Source of the DNA: Kudoa neothunni
Taxonomy: Eukaryota; Animalia; Cnidaria
Length of the DNA: 64,000 nt
Direction of reading: 5' to 3'
Assembly (NCBI GenBank): GCA_964304625.1
Contig: OZ199840.1
Location: 1,008,733-1,072,732, forward strand
The position numbers and the translations under genes were made by a program. Shown here piece after piece: positions 40,605-54,105 of the stretch. Position 1 is the first letter of the stretch; every line of letters starts with the position of its first letter. Under the pieces are notes generated by a model that was given only the letters and a program-made list of their open reading frames with translations, was not told the DNA's origin and ran no database searches.

Positions 40605-41289
40605 CTATGTGATGGATAGTATATTTTTGAGTTTTTCCACAATTTCGCAGGCATAAATATTTTTAGTAATATAATTGGAGTTGAGATATCGACACACGGG
40701 ACAGCAGAAGGTGTCATTAGCATTGCCTCCCATATTTTTCCATTCCTCAATGCACTCCATACAAAAAGTGTGACCACAAGCCAAGGTGGAAGGAAACTTG
40801 AAATATTCCATGCAAATTGAACACGTCGAATGATTCATTAAATCTTGTATGGTTTGTTGAAAGCTGTTCAATTTGGCCAACATGAAGTGTGATTGTTCTT
40901 TCATATTCTCTCGGGTGGTATCAAGCTAAAACAATATTATTCACAAATGTGGTCGATTGTTAAACAATTGCTGAATCTAAAAAATACAGTCATTCTGAGA
41001 GACGAATGTATTTGATACATATCTTGGATGGACTGTGAAGGTGTGGAGATTAGAGATTTTTTTGTTGGGCCAGCATCCTCTATATTGAATCATTGGGTTA
41101 TTCTGACCATCAAAACCTACCTGAATAAATGTGATGAGGCCTTTTTGACGACTTCATTTCAGCCCAATAGGAGCAATTGTTATCCTCACCGTCATCAATA
41201 TCAACATCATGATATATTGTATAATTAGTTATTGAATGCCGTGGTTTTTTTCTTTGTAGAAGATTATCGTTAATTCTATGACGTTTCAT
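40605..41289 (-). CDS. C3HC4 RING-finger E3 ubiquitin ligase, RNF8/CHFR-like C-terminus, 3 exons found
   Basis: Splices to MKRHRIN...IYSEDAGPTKK...LRMTLDTTRENMKEQ (coiled-coil-like) then CSICMEYFKFPSTLACGHTFCMECIEEW...CCPVCR. The spacing resembles RNF8 (C..CSEYF...TL.C.H.FC..CI.EW...CPICR). Confidence 0.8.
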
Positions 41290-43573
41290 CCTTGTTGGGG
41301 TACACCACACAATGCCAACTCACAAAAGAACGAGCAAGGTAATTTAATGGTACTGCTTGCGCGAGTTAATTCAACAATTGCTGTCAACGTAATCTTCGCT
41401 TATTTTCCCCGAAGACGATAACAAATTTCTCAAATTATTAATTTATATCCAATGAATCAAATTACAGATTTTGTTAATTCTTTGATTTGCTCCAGATTTT
41501 CTAATCAACCCAAACAGTATTTCCAACCATACAACCCATTTTAAAATATGTATTAACAATTTCATTTTTTTCATGGGTTCCAAGGTAATTTGAAATAATT
41601 GAACAGTTACATTTTTAAAAATTAAAATCATTCGAGCCTTTTCGGGGTTTGTTCGGAAATCCTATTAACATAGGTCGTGACTGCTGGCTCATGAGTAACC
41701 AACTAGGCCTTGTATTTTTGTTAAAAACCGATTTCGATAATTACCAACAAAATATTTTGTTTTCTTAATGATTCAAATGAAATATTAGTATTTTTGTAGT
41801 GCTCTAAAAGTCTGTATGTGCACAATGAAAAATCCTATCGTTAACACAAATTATAGAGTTGATTATTATTTTACTCATGGGATCTTAAAAGAATACACAG
41901 TTGGGGATTTTTTTCTTTGTATTTTGTTAGAATTGAGAATGAATCGTGTTCGTATCCCTGTTTAGTGTGACACTCAGAACTTCTATTGACAAATTATTCA
42001 ACTAATTTAGTACCTTAGAATTTTACTTTTTGCTCCACGTAAAAGTCAATGTTTCCGTTCTAGTTTGTAAATATGACGTATTACGTGAGATTTTAAATCA
42101 AAGCGTAATAAAGAGATAAATCGATTTGTCTTATTATTAACATTGTTAGGATATTACCTATCGAACAGTGCTCTACATTCACCGAAACTTACTGATCTGC
42201 AAAACAACTACAAGGAAACTTTAGTTCTTATAATATAAACAATCGTTTCCAAATTCATTACAGTTTCTGCAACCTCTATAACCTATGAGGGCAACTCTGA
42301 CATCCTTTTCAAAAAGGAAATTATAAAACGGATATGTGTTTAGGAAGAAAAAACATTTCCACTAGTACTACATTAAAGAGAATGTGGTCTACTTAAAAAA
42401 ATAAAAATTGTATTTAATTTCGAAGTTTGACCTAAATTTGAGTCAAAGAAACGTCATAATATTATTGTGGATTTTAGTTAATTTACTTAAACCCTTAAAT
42501 CAATATATATTTTTCTTGTTTCCATTAAACATCAAGAATATGAAGAAAAAAGAAATTTAATGATACAAAAATACTATCTTTAACGGAGAACACAAAATTA
42601 ATGTATATCTTCAAAAAATAAAACAAAGTTTTATTTATATTTATAATAATCCGTCAAAATAAATTTCATTTCTAAAGATTATTCTCAATTATTTATTTTG
42701 TTAGTAACTGTTATTTTAGATAATTACTAATTTTCCAATTAATAATCACACTTTAAGCACAGTTTAGGAGACAATTCATCAAATAACGCTCAATAATTGC
42801 CTCTAATAGTGTAGCGTTTTCACAATGAAAATTCATAATACTAAAAATAATTATATAGCTTTAATTAGTGTAAAATAAAAATGTTAAAATGTAATGAGGA
42901 TGTAGAAAATTTTAATATTCTACTTACCTCGGAAACAACCGTTTATAATGACTTATTGTTTATTTATTTCATTATAATACCATGAAAAAATAAAATAAAC
43001 ATTTAATTGCACGAATTGTAATCATATTCATATTGCTTCATAATGAAATATAGAAACCAGTATTTAACATGAGGACTATGTTGTTAATCTCACCACCGTA
43101 TATCCGATTAGAAGAAAAATTTATTTTTGTAATTGTAGAAAAAAGTTTGATATGCTCCGGATGAGAAGAGCATATTAGATTTTTTAGAGCAGTTTTTGAC
43201 ATAAAAAGTCGTAATAAACACTAACAATGAAGGAGCCACACGTTCCACAATAGTCCCGTACCAATGACCACTTAATATAATAAGCTTAAACTCACTTAGA
43301 AATGTGATTTAAATATAACTTTTTTAAAAAGTTATATCATTACTCATAGAATCATCAAATTTAGTCTGTATAAACAAAAACAATAATTTTTTTCATTTAT
43401 TTTACTTACTGAAATCCCTTTACTTTTAATTACGAAAATAAAGTTACATTTTGATAATGTAATAATTTCACTATTGACAAAACAGCTATTACAAACGTTG
43501 ACAACACAAAAGGATAACAACAACAAAATCATTCAATTTAAACAAAAAATAAAAAAATAGTTTATATGAGGTT

Positions 43574-45681
43574 CTAAAAATGAAATCTAAAATGACCACC
43601 GTCAAAAAATGCATTGTCAGCGTGGAAAAATGTCTGGCCTCCTCCACCAAAAGGGTGACCGTATTGGGAGCGTTGATGTTGTTGTGTCTCTTCCGCATCC
43701 AAAGGATCAATCCCTTTGTCGAATAAGGCGCGTTTTTCTTCGTCGAGCAACACTTCTCTGGCGCTGTTAATGTCCATAAACTTTTTCTCAAATTGTTCAC
43801 GTTCTTGATCATTTTTCGCTTTATCAGGATGGTATGCCAATGCTTTTTTTCGGTAAGCGCTTGATATTTTTTTATCGTCGGCATTTCTTCGCATAAATCA
43901 ATTAATATAAATAACATAACCGTAGAATGGATACTCACCTTGGGATCTCAAGAATTTTATAGTAATCCCTTTTGTTGCGATTTTTGATCAATCGTTCAAC
44001 ACTCTGTTTCGCTTCCTCGGCCTACAGATAGCATTAAATGTGACGTGAATGTCAGAAAATGGCGTTATTATGACCGAATAAAAACTTTATTAAATGCACT
44101 ATCGCCATTAACGTCTCATACCTCCTTGGTTGATTCCATGGAGAGTGAATCTTCAATGTCCTTTTTAGCTGTAAAAAATAAACCGTCAACAATTTACAAT
44201 AAACAGCCGAACAACCTTCATCCAGTTGATCAAGGTTAACATAGCTTAAGCCTCGTCTCAACAAAAGTTCCGCCTTAACTTTAATGTCTCCATTGGTCTT
44301 TTCGAGTGCATGTGTGCAGAGTTTTATAGTCTCCGAGGGGGTTTGTTTCAACTACAATTACATTATTTGTACAAAGTTTAGAAATCAATCAAAAAACTTA
44401 CATGACTACGCGCTACGCAATCCAAATAAAGTGATTTCGCATGCAAACATTCCAATCCTCCATTCACTTGATCAACAGAGATTTTCATCAAAGAAGGGAC
44501 ATCATTAACGACTTTTTTGTAACTATATACAAACACATAAAGTTTTTATTAAAAAATGAACAGACTTCTTTTCAGTTAAATTTCCAATCAAACCATCTAC
44601 CACACGTTTGACACCCTTCAAATTCTATTGGTCGTATAAAATAATATTAGTTCACGCCAACACAAATCAACCTGTTATTACTCGCAAATGTTTCATGCAA
44701 TTTGGGTTACCCTGGTCACTTTTAAGACATTCTCTCACATAACTATAAACCCAATATAGATTGATGGAATTTAAATTAAGAATCTACTATAAAGAGTCAT
44801 CAAAACTACATTGATTGAAGTAGCTTTGAGACAACTTCAACATGGCTCCAATATCGTCTGGATTCATTAGAATGTAAACTCTAAAATACAGTTGGATGAA
44901 TTTTAAAATGAAGTAAACCACTACCTAAGTGCAGCCACTAATCCATTCATGTCGTTTAACGCTTCGAAACATTCCACTTTGTATTTAAGTAGACGATTCG
45001 AGTGGGTGAGATTCCTTCTGAGTTTCTCGTTCACCTCCAAAGCTATTTTCCATTCTTTATTTTGCATGTGTTGTTCGAGATTGGCGATATGCTGTTGAAG
45101 AGTGATCAGTTCGGTGGACAATTGGTCAAAAGATTTTGTACTGAATTTTCCCTATCAAAATTCTATCTTTTTAATATTAGAGTAGAAAGTGGTACTTTGT
45201 TTTCGGTGAGAATCCCACTGGCTTTGTCCAAATGACCAAGGTGAATGTGTGCACGAATTTCTTTGGCCAACACATCAGCCGCATCAGCTTTATCACATTT
45301 GTGATGGAAATAACTTGTGTATTGTTTGATGGCTTCACTGTTCCTTCCAGACGACAAACGAATGTTTCCAAGCAGGAAGAAAGCCAAACAATTCTCTTTT
45401 GGATTCTCACCTACAACAACAATACATAACAACCGATATTTTTAACGCATCGTACGAATAATCTACCTAAAGCTTTCTCGTAGACAGCTATTGTACCAAC
45501 TATGTCCCCTTTTGACAACCTTTGTTTCGCGAGATCGATGTACGAACACCAACTAATGGTTGTTACTATTGCTATAATATTAAATCATCTAATCTATTTT
45601 TCAACTCAGATCTTAATTCAACTTACACCAAACAATATAATAAAAATAAATCATTGATATTCTACAACCACTGGATAACAT
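43574..45681 (-). CDS. DNAJC3: DnaJ homolog subfamily C member 3 (P58IPK): TPR repeats plus C-terminal J domain; multi-exon
   Basis: Hydrophobic N-terminus, TPR-like exons, VRECLKSDQGNPNC, then RDYYKILEI...AYRKKALAYHPD..EKKFMDINSAREVLLDEEKRALFDKGIDPLDAE and a C-terminal FRFHF, typical of P58IPK. Confidence 0.92.
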
Positions 45682-48293
45682 CGTAACAAATCACCGATGC
45701 AGACGTGGCAAAGGGGAAAAACCGATGGGATTATTTACGAGAATGATGGTTTTTTAGAGTTCGGCACAAATCGGCTAAGCGTATATTCCTATTTTCTCAC
45801 TTATTACTAAAGTAAACATCGTTAAACTTTTATCAATATATAGTTGAATTTAATTCGCTTAGGTTGATTGCGTTAATGTTGAAATTTTGTGAAATAATAT
45901 AGCAGATTATTAATCCCTCGAAGCGTTAACCTTTCTAACGCGTGGTATGAAGTCTATTGGACCTGCATCATATATCGTGTATCGTATATCATATGTCATA
46001 TAGTGATTAAATTTTGTACCAATTTGTTGATATAAAAATTATTTAAACCTTTTTGTTTGTTCTATAAATAATTTCTTTTTATGGTCATAAAATAATTTTC
46101 ATAGTTATTCAATATTACAAGGAATAAATAATATTGACACAATTGATGCTATTAGTGATGTATCTGTTTATTATTTTAATCGATAAACAATAAAAAACTT
46201 AAAAGTTTATAATTAATTTTAAAAGAATTCTGTCGGTGAAATTGTGAGAAAAGTGATGGTAAATTTTCTACGAGCTAATACGAGGAGAACTGTAATCTAC
46301 TTAAGAAATCATTATTAACATGGTTCGTAATATAGAGCCAAGTGTAATTATGACTGTAATAAATACGGAACATCAATAAAGAATCGAGTTTATACATTAA
46401 TTATAAATAGGGTTGATGGGACTAAAAAGGTCCACTGTGCACGCATAGATGCCATTCAGGATTGAAAGTAGACAAATTGTTATATATAATTTTAAGATTT
46501 TATGTTTCAAACTATATATTATCAATTAATTTTTTTATCGTTTTCTATATAAATTTAAGACTAATATCTACAGCAGATACGTATCCCTTATTGAAGTATA
46601 AAATTTTTATTGATCAATATTTTTTTAAATAAATCTGTTTGTTACATAATTTTTATCTCTAGCAACCATTAAATATTCTACTTTAGCAAAATCTAGTGTT
46701 TAATCGTTCTACATAAATTAGTATTGGAAAAAATTAACCCTCTAAGTCAAGGGTTCTTAACGAGAGGTAAATTTCAAACGATAAGAGATAAATTAAGTGA
46801 CATCACACTTGAATACGGTCAATATTTGCATAATTCAGTTTGTAACGCATTTAAGTATTTCTGAGAAGTTATATTATTCAATGTTATTGAACTCAATTAA
46901 GATATTCGTAGAAATGCTTAATTTGTTTTTAGAATTAAGTAATAAACAACTCATTTATAAAACTATTACCAGTCTCCTTCTTTTATGTCTCGTTTTTATT
47001 TCAGAAATGTAGCTAAATAATAATACTTGAAATGACCACTTCCATGGTAAACAATATTAGGTTTTCCCTAATTTAAACTATTTAAAAATATTTCGGGACT
47101 ATATACGACAAAAGAAATGTGGTAGAAATAATTTAATTCAGCAAAATTTAAATTTATAGACAGCTAGCTTGTTAGTAAAAATTGATGGGATAAAAATTTC
47201 CTTTACATAAGCGTACATGCCTTTTAGAGTTTACCCTTACGATAACCTCTGCCATAGCTAACCCAGTATGAAATCTAAAAGCAGATATGTGTTTGGCTTC
47301 CAAGTTAAAGTGGTGAATTTGGATTTTTCACCAAGAGAAGGGGTTAATTTTAAAAATAATGTTCACGAAAAATGTTTAGACTACTTTGTTGAAATTTCAG
47401 TTATGCGCGCAAATTTATTTGAAGTATTCTTTTAAAAATAACTTTAAACTAATATTAGCGTTATGATTATCAAGGGGAAAGAGTTTCGAATTTTTCCCAC
47501 GTTTCATATTGAGCATAATTAGTAGTTACCTTGAATTTTCTCGCATCCTCACTCCCGAAAAAAATTAAACTATTATATAAATTTATATTATTTTAATTTA
47601 ATTTAAATGGATTAACCACTTTTATTCTGAAGAACCCCTTCTTCGTTAACAAGTCTTAATCCATTACATTGATTAATTTATGAATAATCTAATACAGAGT
47701 GAATACATTAATCAATTAGACATATAAAATGTAATAAAGTTCAATTTAAGAAGATTAAATTCATTAAGAGTTTAAAATATTATTTTGAGATATAAAGAAT
47801 ATAGTTATTAGAAGAAATCATGAAGATTCAATTTAAAAAAATTTTCTAGCAATACGAGAAAAACAAGTTTTATTGTATCATAATCACCCCACTCAAGATC
47901 AAGTCTGCGAATTTTAACAAACTATAATTTTGTACTATCAGTCAATAGATTAATTACATTGTTTATAGAGAAATAATAAAAATTTTAAATTATATTAAAA
48001 ATCTTAATAAAATCACAAATTAAACTGCATATTTTATTTATGTAAAAATTCCATAATAAGATATCGATGTTTATTTGTGATTTAAAAGAAAAATGAGAGT
48101 AAACTAGTAAAAGGATGTTTAATAATTAGAATAATAAAGATATAGGTCAATTTTTCTAATAACAACTCGAATAATGTGTTAAATGAAAAATTAAAAAAAA
48201 GCACAATTCGATGCAAACCACCACTGAAAGTAATAACAACAGAATGCATTGTATAATAAGGTTCAAAAATTCAAATGACAACTCTGTTAGATC

Positions 48294-50230
48294 TTACTCT
48301 GTTTTTGGTTTGTCTTCCTTGATGTTGATAACAACAAAGGACAAAACAATGGTCATTGCAAGCATGAGAAAGCAAGTGAAGTAGAATGGCCAGCATTTGA
48401 CGATGTATCTTGGAAATTCATCATGACGTCGTGGTCTCACCACAATCTACGAAATATCGAAATCAAGTTACAAAATTTTAATTTAGAAACGAGAAAGTTT
48501 ACTTGGAAAAAATGATCTAACTTGGTGTAACCAACAACATCGAATTCAGTGGTGCATTTGAAAAGGCCGATATAATCGGGAATTTTGAAACTTGCAGTAT
48601 AAACTCCTTCTACAATAATCTCACTTAGAAAGTTAAGTGTATGTTTTTCAAGCATACTATTTGTGGTGTTGTAAGGCATTCTCATATGAGTAATGATACG
48701 TTCAAGTGCAAATTTGACCTTATCGTTGGCAAAAGGTTTCCATCCCAGTGGAGTTTTTTCCTCAATCTCAACCGCGTATTCCTAAAGTTTGTTTCAAAAC
48801 GAATGTAAATCCAAAATAACACGATAACAACACGATAACAACACCACGATAACAACACGATAACAACATGACAACAACATGACAACAAACAAACTCGATT
48901 CTTAACAATAAAAGTATTACAATCTGTTCCATAACGGAATATTGCTGCTTGGGTTTTTGAGTGGAGACCAACTTGTGTGAGGGATTTAATACACGCAGCA
49001 CCGATTTTTCCATAAATGTCCACAAAAGAAGCTCCTTCATAAAGCGTTTATTGGAGGACAATTGTGGATTTCTAGTGCAATTTTATGACAGCCACAAAAA
49101 GCTAATTTCGAAATTACTTGGCTATCTTCTCGCCGGTGAACAGATCATTAAAAAATCTTCACAATATTAGAATCACAATCAACCAAGTCAATCAAAAACT
49201 TGTTGCTGGCAAATTCCATCGATGGAATAATCGACACACGATGATTGTTTCGCATTTGAACAGCGCCAATCAACGCGATTTTCATTCCTTTGATAACAGT
49301 CGGCTACAATATTACATTCAACTGCAATCCCAACCAACATGTCGCAAGTTACATTAATGGAGTCGGTTGATGCACTATAGAGAAAATCATTTTCCGAAGC
49401 AGTCACTACATCAACAGTCCATTGGTTGTCGGAGGTGTGTTTCAACCTAATAACATAAACACAAATCAATTCACGATACACCGAATGCGTGACAAATAAA
49501 ACTACGAATAACATACGCATTTCCCTTGTAGATTAGGGGAGTGCTGAGCAAAGATCTATCAACAATAGCGGTAGCATTGATTACACTTATTGATGGGTCG
49601 AGAGCAAATGCATCTTCATTCTACAATGGGTTAGTCGATCAACAATTGAATTGAACCGGTTGGATAATATAATTTACATCCAAACTAATTCTATTGTTGC
49701 TATAGATAAGGCTGCCCGCGGAGTAAACATTGTAACCGAGTTGGTTGACTAGTTGTCTTATTTCCGCAGGGGTATCAGTATCGAACATCAACATTAGGTT
49801 GCCACCGATGTCAACAAATTTAACAAGATCGTCCACAACGCCATGAAACGATGCTAAATAATCATACAAAAATCCCATTTATTTTTCATACCTTTAGAGC
49901 CACCGACTGCCATCACTAAAACATTTTCGAAATGTCTGTGATTGAAAATAAACGTTGTTGGTTGTTCCGAAAATGATTTTATTGTTATCTCGTGATCCAT
50001 ACCTAAAATAAATTAAAAATTCTGTTAGAAAAATTGTTAAGAATAAAAAATATAATTTCCACCTCCAATCATATTAATCATATCGGAAGTGGGATTGGAG
50101 AAGTGTTTGATCATCTGTGAGAATTAGTGTTCGTGGTCTTGAATTAGCAACATCAGTCCAACTTAAAACCGAACACATTCAAGAGCACATAAAACGTAAG
50201 TATGTATTTATAGTTTTGTCGGTGGACCAT
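48294..50230 (-). CDS. DDOST: Oligosaccharyltransferase 48-kDa subunit (OST48/WBP1); multi-exon, exon 1 has two apparent +1 frameshifts
   Basis: PRTLILTD, FVDIGGNLM, LIGAVQMRNNHRV, FKIPDYIGLFK..GYTKL and VRPRRHDEFPRYI..WPFY, then a TM helix and the KPKTE* tail, all DDOST motifs. Confidence 0.9.
48818..48889. repeat. 11-bp minisatellite (ACGATAACAAC-type, about 6 copies) in a DDOST intron
   Basis: Direct reading; units drift from ACGATAACAAC to ATGACAACAAC. Confidence 0.9.
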
Positions 50231-50509
50231 TATGAGTCAATTATGGTTTTGACACAAGGCTTAAATGTGTGATGATTCAGGAATTGTTGTGCGATCGCGT
50301 TAATTCGGGGGAGACGATAAATAAAAATTAGTGCTTCAAATCACAAACGAATATCAAAATATGTTTAAAATTTTTTTGATTTAAAAAATTTTTCAAAATA
50401 TTTTCAACAATTCCTTCATAAATCCTATAAATATGAAGGGTATAAAAATGTCTGCGCACTACTCATGACATGATTTCGTAATTCGTTGGTTGGCATTGGG
50501 AATGCCGCT
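50231..50509. promoter_or_regulatory. Probable bidirectional promoter between head-to-head DDOST and COQ10
   Basis: About 280 bp between the divergent start codons, containing TGCGCA (50453) and CG-rich GCGATCGCG islands. Confidence 0.5.
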
Positions 50510-51258
50510 ATGAATTGCACTAAAACTGTAGGATTGAAATCACATTCGATTGCTTTTGCTAGATTTTATCTTGGATTTGATGGAATGAGAAAAATTCCGT
50601 AAAAATCAAACACTCCATTACCTCCCAAACAAGCGTATTATCTATCAGGATAAACATTTGATCCCGTAGAATATTACTCACGATGAATTTTTATAATCGA
50701 GTATTGATATGTGTAGCTATTCGAGAAATGAATCGTTCTCAGTTGTACTCAATGCCAACAACTATAAAAATTTTGTACCATGGTGTAAACATTCGGAACT
50801 GATTTTTGACCAGGATGGAAACCCTTCAAAAGTTCTACTAAAAATAGGATTTAATCAGCTCTCTGAAACCTACCAATCCAATCTAATTATAGATCCTCCG
50901 AATTGCTTGATTGTAGACTTTTGTTTTGGCGCCAATTTGAATTAATGAATAAATTTTATGTAGTCTGAATGCCATGATGGAAAACTATTCAAATCAATGA
51001 AAGCCACATGGAATGTGTTCGAGGGACTCCCCAACAATAGCAACAGTTCTATTATCAAGATTATGGTATGTTTGTAGGAATAATTTGAGTTATATTATAT
51101 TATATATGTAGATTGACTTTGAATTCCAATCACATTTTAACACCAATGTAGCATATATGTGTTTGAAAGAGATATCTGGGCCAATAATGAGGTCGTTTGT
51201 AGGAGAGTGTGAGCGTAAATTTGGCAAAAGACCAGCGCTACCTCAAAAATTTGCTTAG
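50510..51258 (+). CDS. COQ10: Coenzyme Q-binding protein COQ10 (START domain); multi-exon, apparent +1 frameshift near 50590
   Basis: IIYQDKHLIP|YSRNESFSVVLNANNYKNFVPWCKHS, LKIGFNQLSETYQS, SECHDGKLFKSMKATW, IDFEFQS and MRSFVGECERKFG, matching COQ10 motifs. Confidence 0.9.
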
Positions 51259-51341
51259 ATGTATAAAACATTAGAATTTTGTGTGTTTTTTATTTGAAAT
51301 ATTTTATAATATGTAATATTATGTATTTTGCATTTGTGTAA

Positions 51342-53147
51342 CTTTCTAAAGTCGCCAAAAATCATCCTCCGTAGTCGATCTGGGGTTGATTTAACCTTGG
51401 ATTATTAGCTGGTAGATTAATTTAAAAAATTGTTAGCGAGTCAATTTCCTGATATTTTTTCGATATATGTTGACCGGTTTTTCAGTGAAACAACACGAAA
51501 TATAACAGTTAATCGTGTTAAATCTTTTCCGTATTTATTCGTAAGTTGTTTATAGTTGTTCGTAAAATATATACCACTGTTTAGCAAGTTACTTTTTATT
51601 TAAAATAATAAGATTGGTTCTTTCCTTGAAAAATCTCTTTATTTTAATTTGTTATAAACAAAAATCTAATACATAACTGAAACAATGATTTTTTTTTCAC
51701 AATGGTCATTATATTTTTTCTGGTTTTTCCTGATTTTTAACAAATTGAAATCTCCCTAATAAATCCAATTAAATAACTATCTATGAGTGAGTATAGCAAA
51801 TTCAGTGATGAACTAGAATTTGCTAGTCAACGTGGCTGACGACTGTGTTTTGGAATCATCATAGGATTCAAGTGCATTAATGGAGATAAGAATAATTGGA
51901 ACTTCGAATACCAGCAAATCTGAAATTGTGTGGGATCCCAAAATATGTCAAACAAAAAACATTTTGACTGAAAATATTTTGAACCTCTTTTCTGGCCCTA
52001 TCACTCATTCGTATAAACGGAATCTTAATATTTTAGAATTTTTTATATTTTATTCTGAGATTATCTGTAAGAAGTAATCCATTACATTAACTTTTTGAGA
52101 ATAGATCATCTGAAGAACGAATGTATAAATGTGGATTCTATTTTCTTTTTTTTTGTTTACAAGGTCAAACTCCTGATGCAACTTGTTAGGTTGTGAAGTT
52201 CGGCCTTCTCCATTTACGTTTTAGGCACCACAGCATCATATTAAGGCGACTTAAGTTTATGCGGTAGCGTGGGATTTTGACCCATTAAACATCCTCGTTT
52301 CGGAGCAATCACCACCCCAACCATATCCTAGACTAACCCAAAATTAACATGGGAAAGTCGTTGGAAGGCGGGGGTCGGCTCTACGGGCATCCCCAACTCC
52401 CTACTGAGTCCCTACTAGGTTGTATTTTTTTCCTGTACACCGGCGCTGATGAGTTATGAGCGCCCGAGTTCTACCCTTTCGTCAGTCTCACCTCCCAGCT
52501 GCAAGCAAGGCCACGATAAATCGTAGATCATTGAAGTTACTACATACAGCCTTCCTACTTAATTTCGGATTTTCGCATTTAGTATTTCGTATTTCTGATT
52601 AGGAAACACATGAACGCCCGGACTAGGTAGGCTTCGAACTTGCGATCTCAACCTATCACCACTAAGCCATATTGTCCAGGCTCTTTTATGGATTCTACTG
52701 ATTTGGTCGGTTATTGGGACTATCATCATTCTAATGACTATGCACAAGGATCATGATGAGCCATTATCCGATTCATTCAGTTTATCAGAAGGTTGGGAAG
52801 ATATATCGAAAAAAATATAAAAATTGTTCAAATAGTTATATATTAGGATCTAATTTTAAAAAAATTCATATAAATGTTTTTTTTCGTGAGATATGTATAG
52901 TTTTACATTTGACAACTATATTAATTAAAGAAAAATATCATATTTTCTGCGATAATTTTCGAACAGGATATGAATTCATTAGTAGAGTATTATAGTGAAT
53001 TAAATGATATTTATCAACCATTATTTTATAAAAAAATCGAGTCGATACAATTAGAACATATCTCTATTTCATTTTTGAAACAATTTTTGTAGTAAAATTA
53101 TAACATAAAAACTCGGGGTCTAATTTACCCCAAAAGACCTCAGAAGG
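51342..53147 (+). mobile_element. Decayed piggyBac-type element hosting a SINE insertion
   Basis: Left end GTAA|CTTTCTAAAGTC, right end GACCTCAGAAGG|TTAA. Palindromes GGGGTTGATTTAACC (~51382) and GGGGTCTAATTTACCCC (53115). A weak transposase-N-like frame lies at 51880-52077. Confidence 0.55.
52141..52684 (-). mobile_element. tRNA-derived SINE (~540 bp) with A-rich tail
   Basis: Minus-strand head has A-box TGGCTTAGTGG (52669-52659), B-box-like AGTTCGAAGCC (52640-52630) and an 8-bp acceptor-like stem GCCTGGAC/GTCCGGGC. The body is GC-rich relative to its flanks. The A-rich tail appears as a T run at 52141-52154. Confidence 0.7.
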
Positions 53148-53159
53148 TTAAAATTCTTT

Positions 53160-53320
53160 CACACTATTATTTTAATAGTTTTTCCCTAATTTTAATATTA
53201 TATGCTGCTGTACATAAATTTTCATAAATTTACGTAGAATTTTAGAGAGTGCACAAAGAGTAATATTGGGGTTAATTATACTTTGGGATCAATTTGACCT
53301 CAACAATAGTTGACGGAAGG
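53160..53320. repeat. piggyBac-type terminal fragment homologous (inverted) to 62150-62300
   Basis: TAATTATACTTTGGGATCAATTTGAC matches the reverse complement of 62168-62193, and flanking similarity extends ~150 bp. Confidence 0.65.
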
Positions 53321-54105
53321 TTGACCAGGTATTAAATTTCAATAAATATAAAAGTGGGTGTTTGAATAGTAACGAATAATTAGGAGGCTGTAGTTTTAAT
53401 TATATTTAATTGTTCTTTGTAATAAAAGCGAAATTTTGGGTTAGAAATAATTAAGTAGAACAGGTTTTAACAACTTAATCCGTATAAAAAGCTTGGTTAG
53501 TTAGAGTTGATAGGATTAATATTTTTAACTGCGCATGCGGTTATTTGAAAGTAAAAATTTGAATTTACTCTATCAATAGAAAGTGACTATTAATATGGAA
53601 AATAATATTAAAAAGTCATTAATTTTTATTATATTTAATGAAAGTGATTATTTGAATGATGGAAAAATAGTAAGGAAGTACTAGTTTTCGATTATATTTA
53701 ATTATTTTTTGCAATATGAGCCAAATTAACGACAGAAATAATCAAATCGATGACTCAAGGTTCGAACCTGGTTTTTTTTTTGCATTAAAATGCGGTGGTG
53801 TCATATCTCGATCGCGCATCTATGGTAGATTCTTTACAACCCACCTAATTCACATATTGCAAAATATAACAGGTTTTTAAAAAATCCATCTGTATAAAAC
53901 TTATAAAATAACGTTGTAGGGAATTAAATATTCAATTGCGCACGCGTACATGCAATTTAGGATTAAGTTTTATCGTGCCAATAGCCACTTCCATTTGAAC
54001 ATTTATCGTACCAACAGCTTCTCCCTTAATAGAATTTATATAATGCGGAGTTTATAGCTAGATGGATAGTTATATAATAGCCTGAATTCATAAATTTATT
54101 ATGAA

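Noticed and set aside
45925-47650. Further TTAA-CC ends (45926, 46734, 47343)
   Set aside because: The ends do not pair convincingly, so no element boundaries could be supported.
52430-52500. Hammerhead ribozyme (CTGATGA on +, CTGACGA on -)
   Set aside because: No stem II closed by GAAA or stem III with a cleavage triplet could be built, and the CTGATGA lies in a simple hairpin. An Infernal search would settle it.
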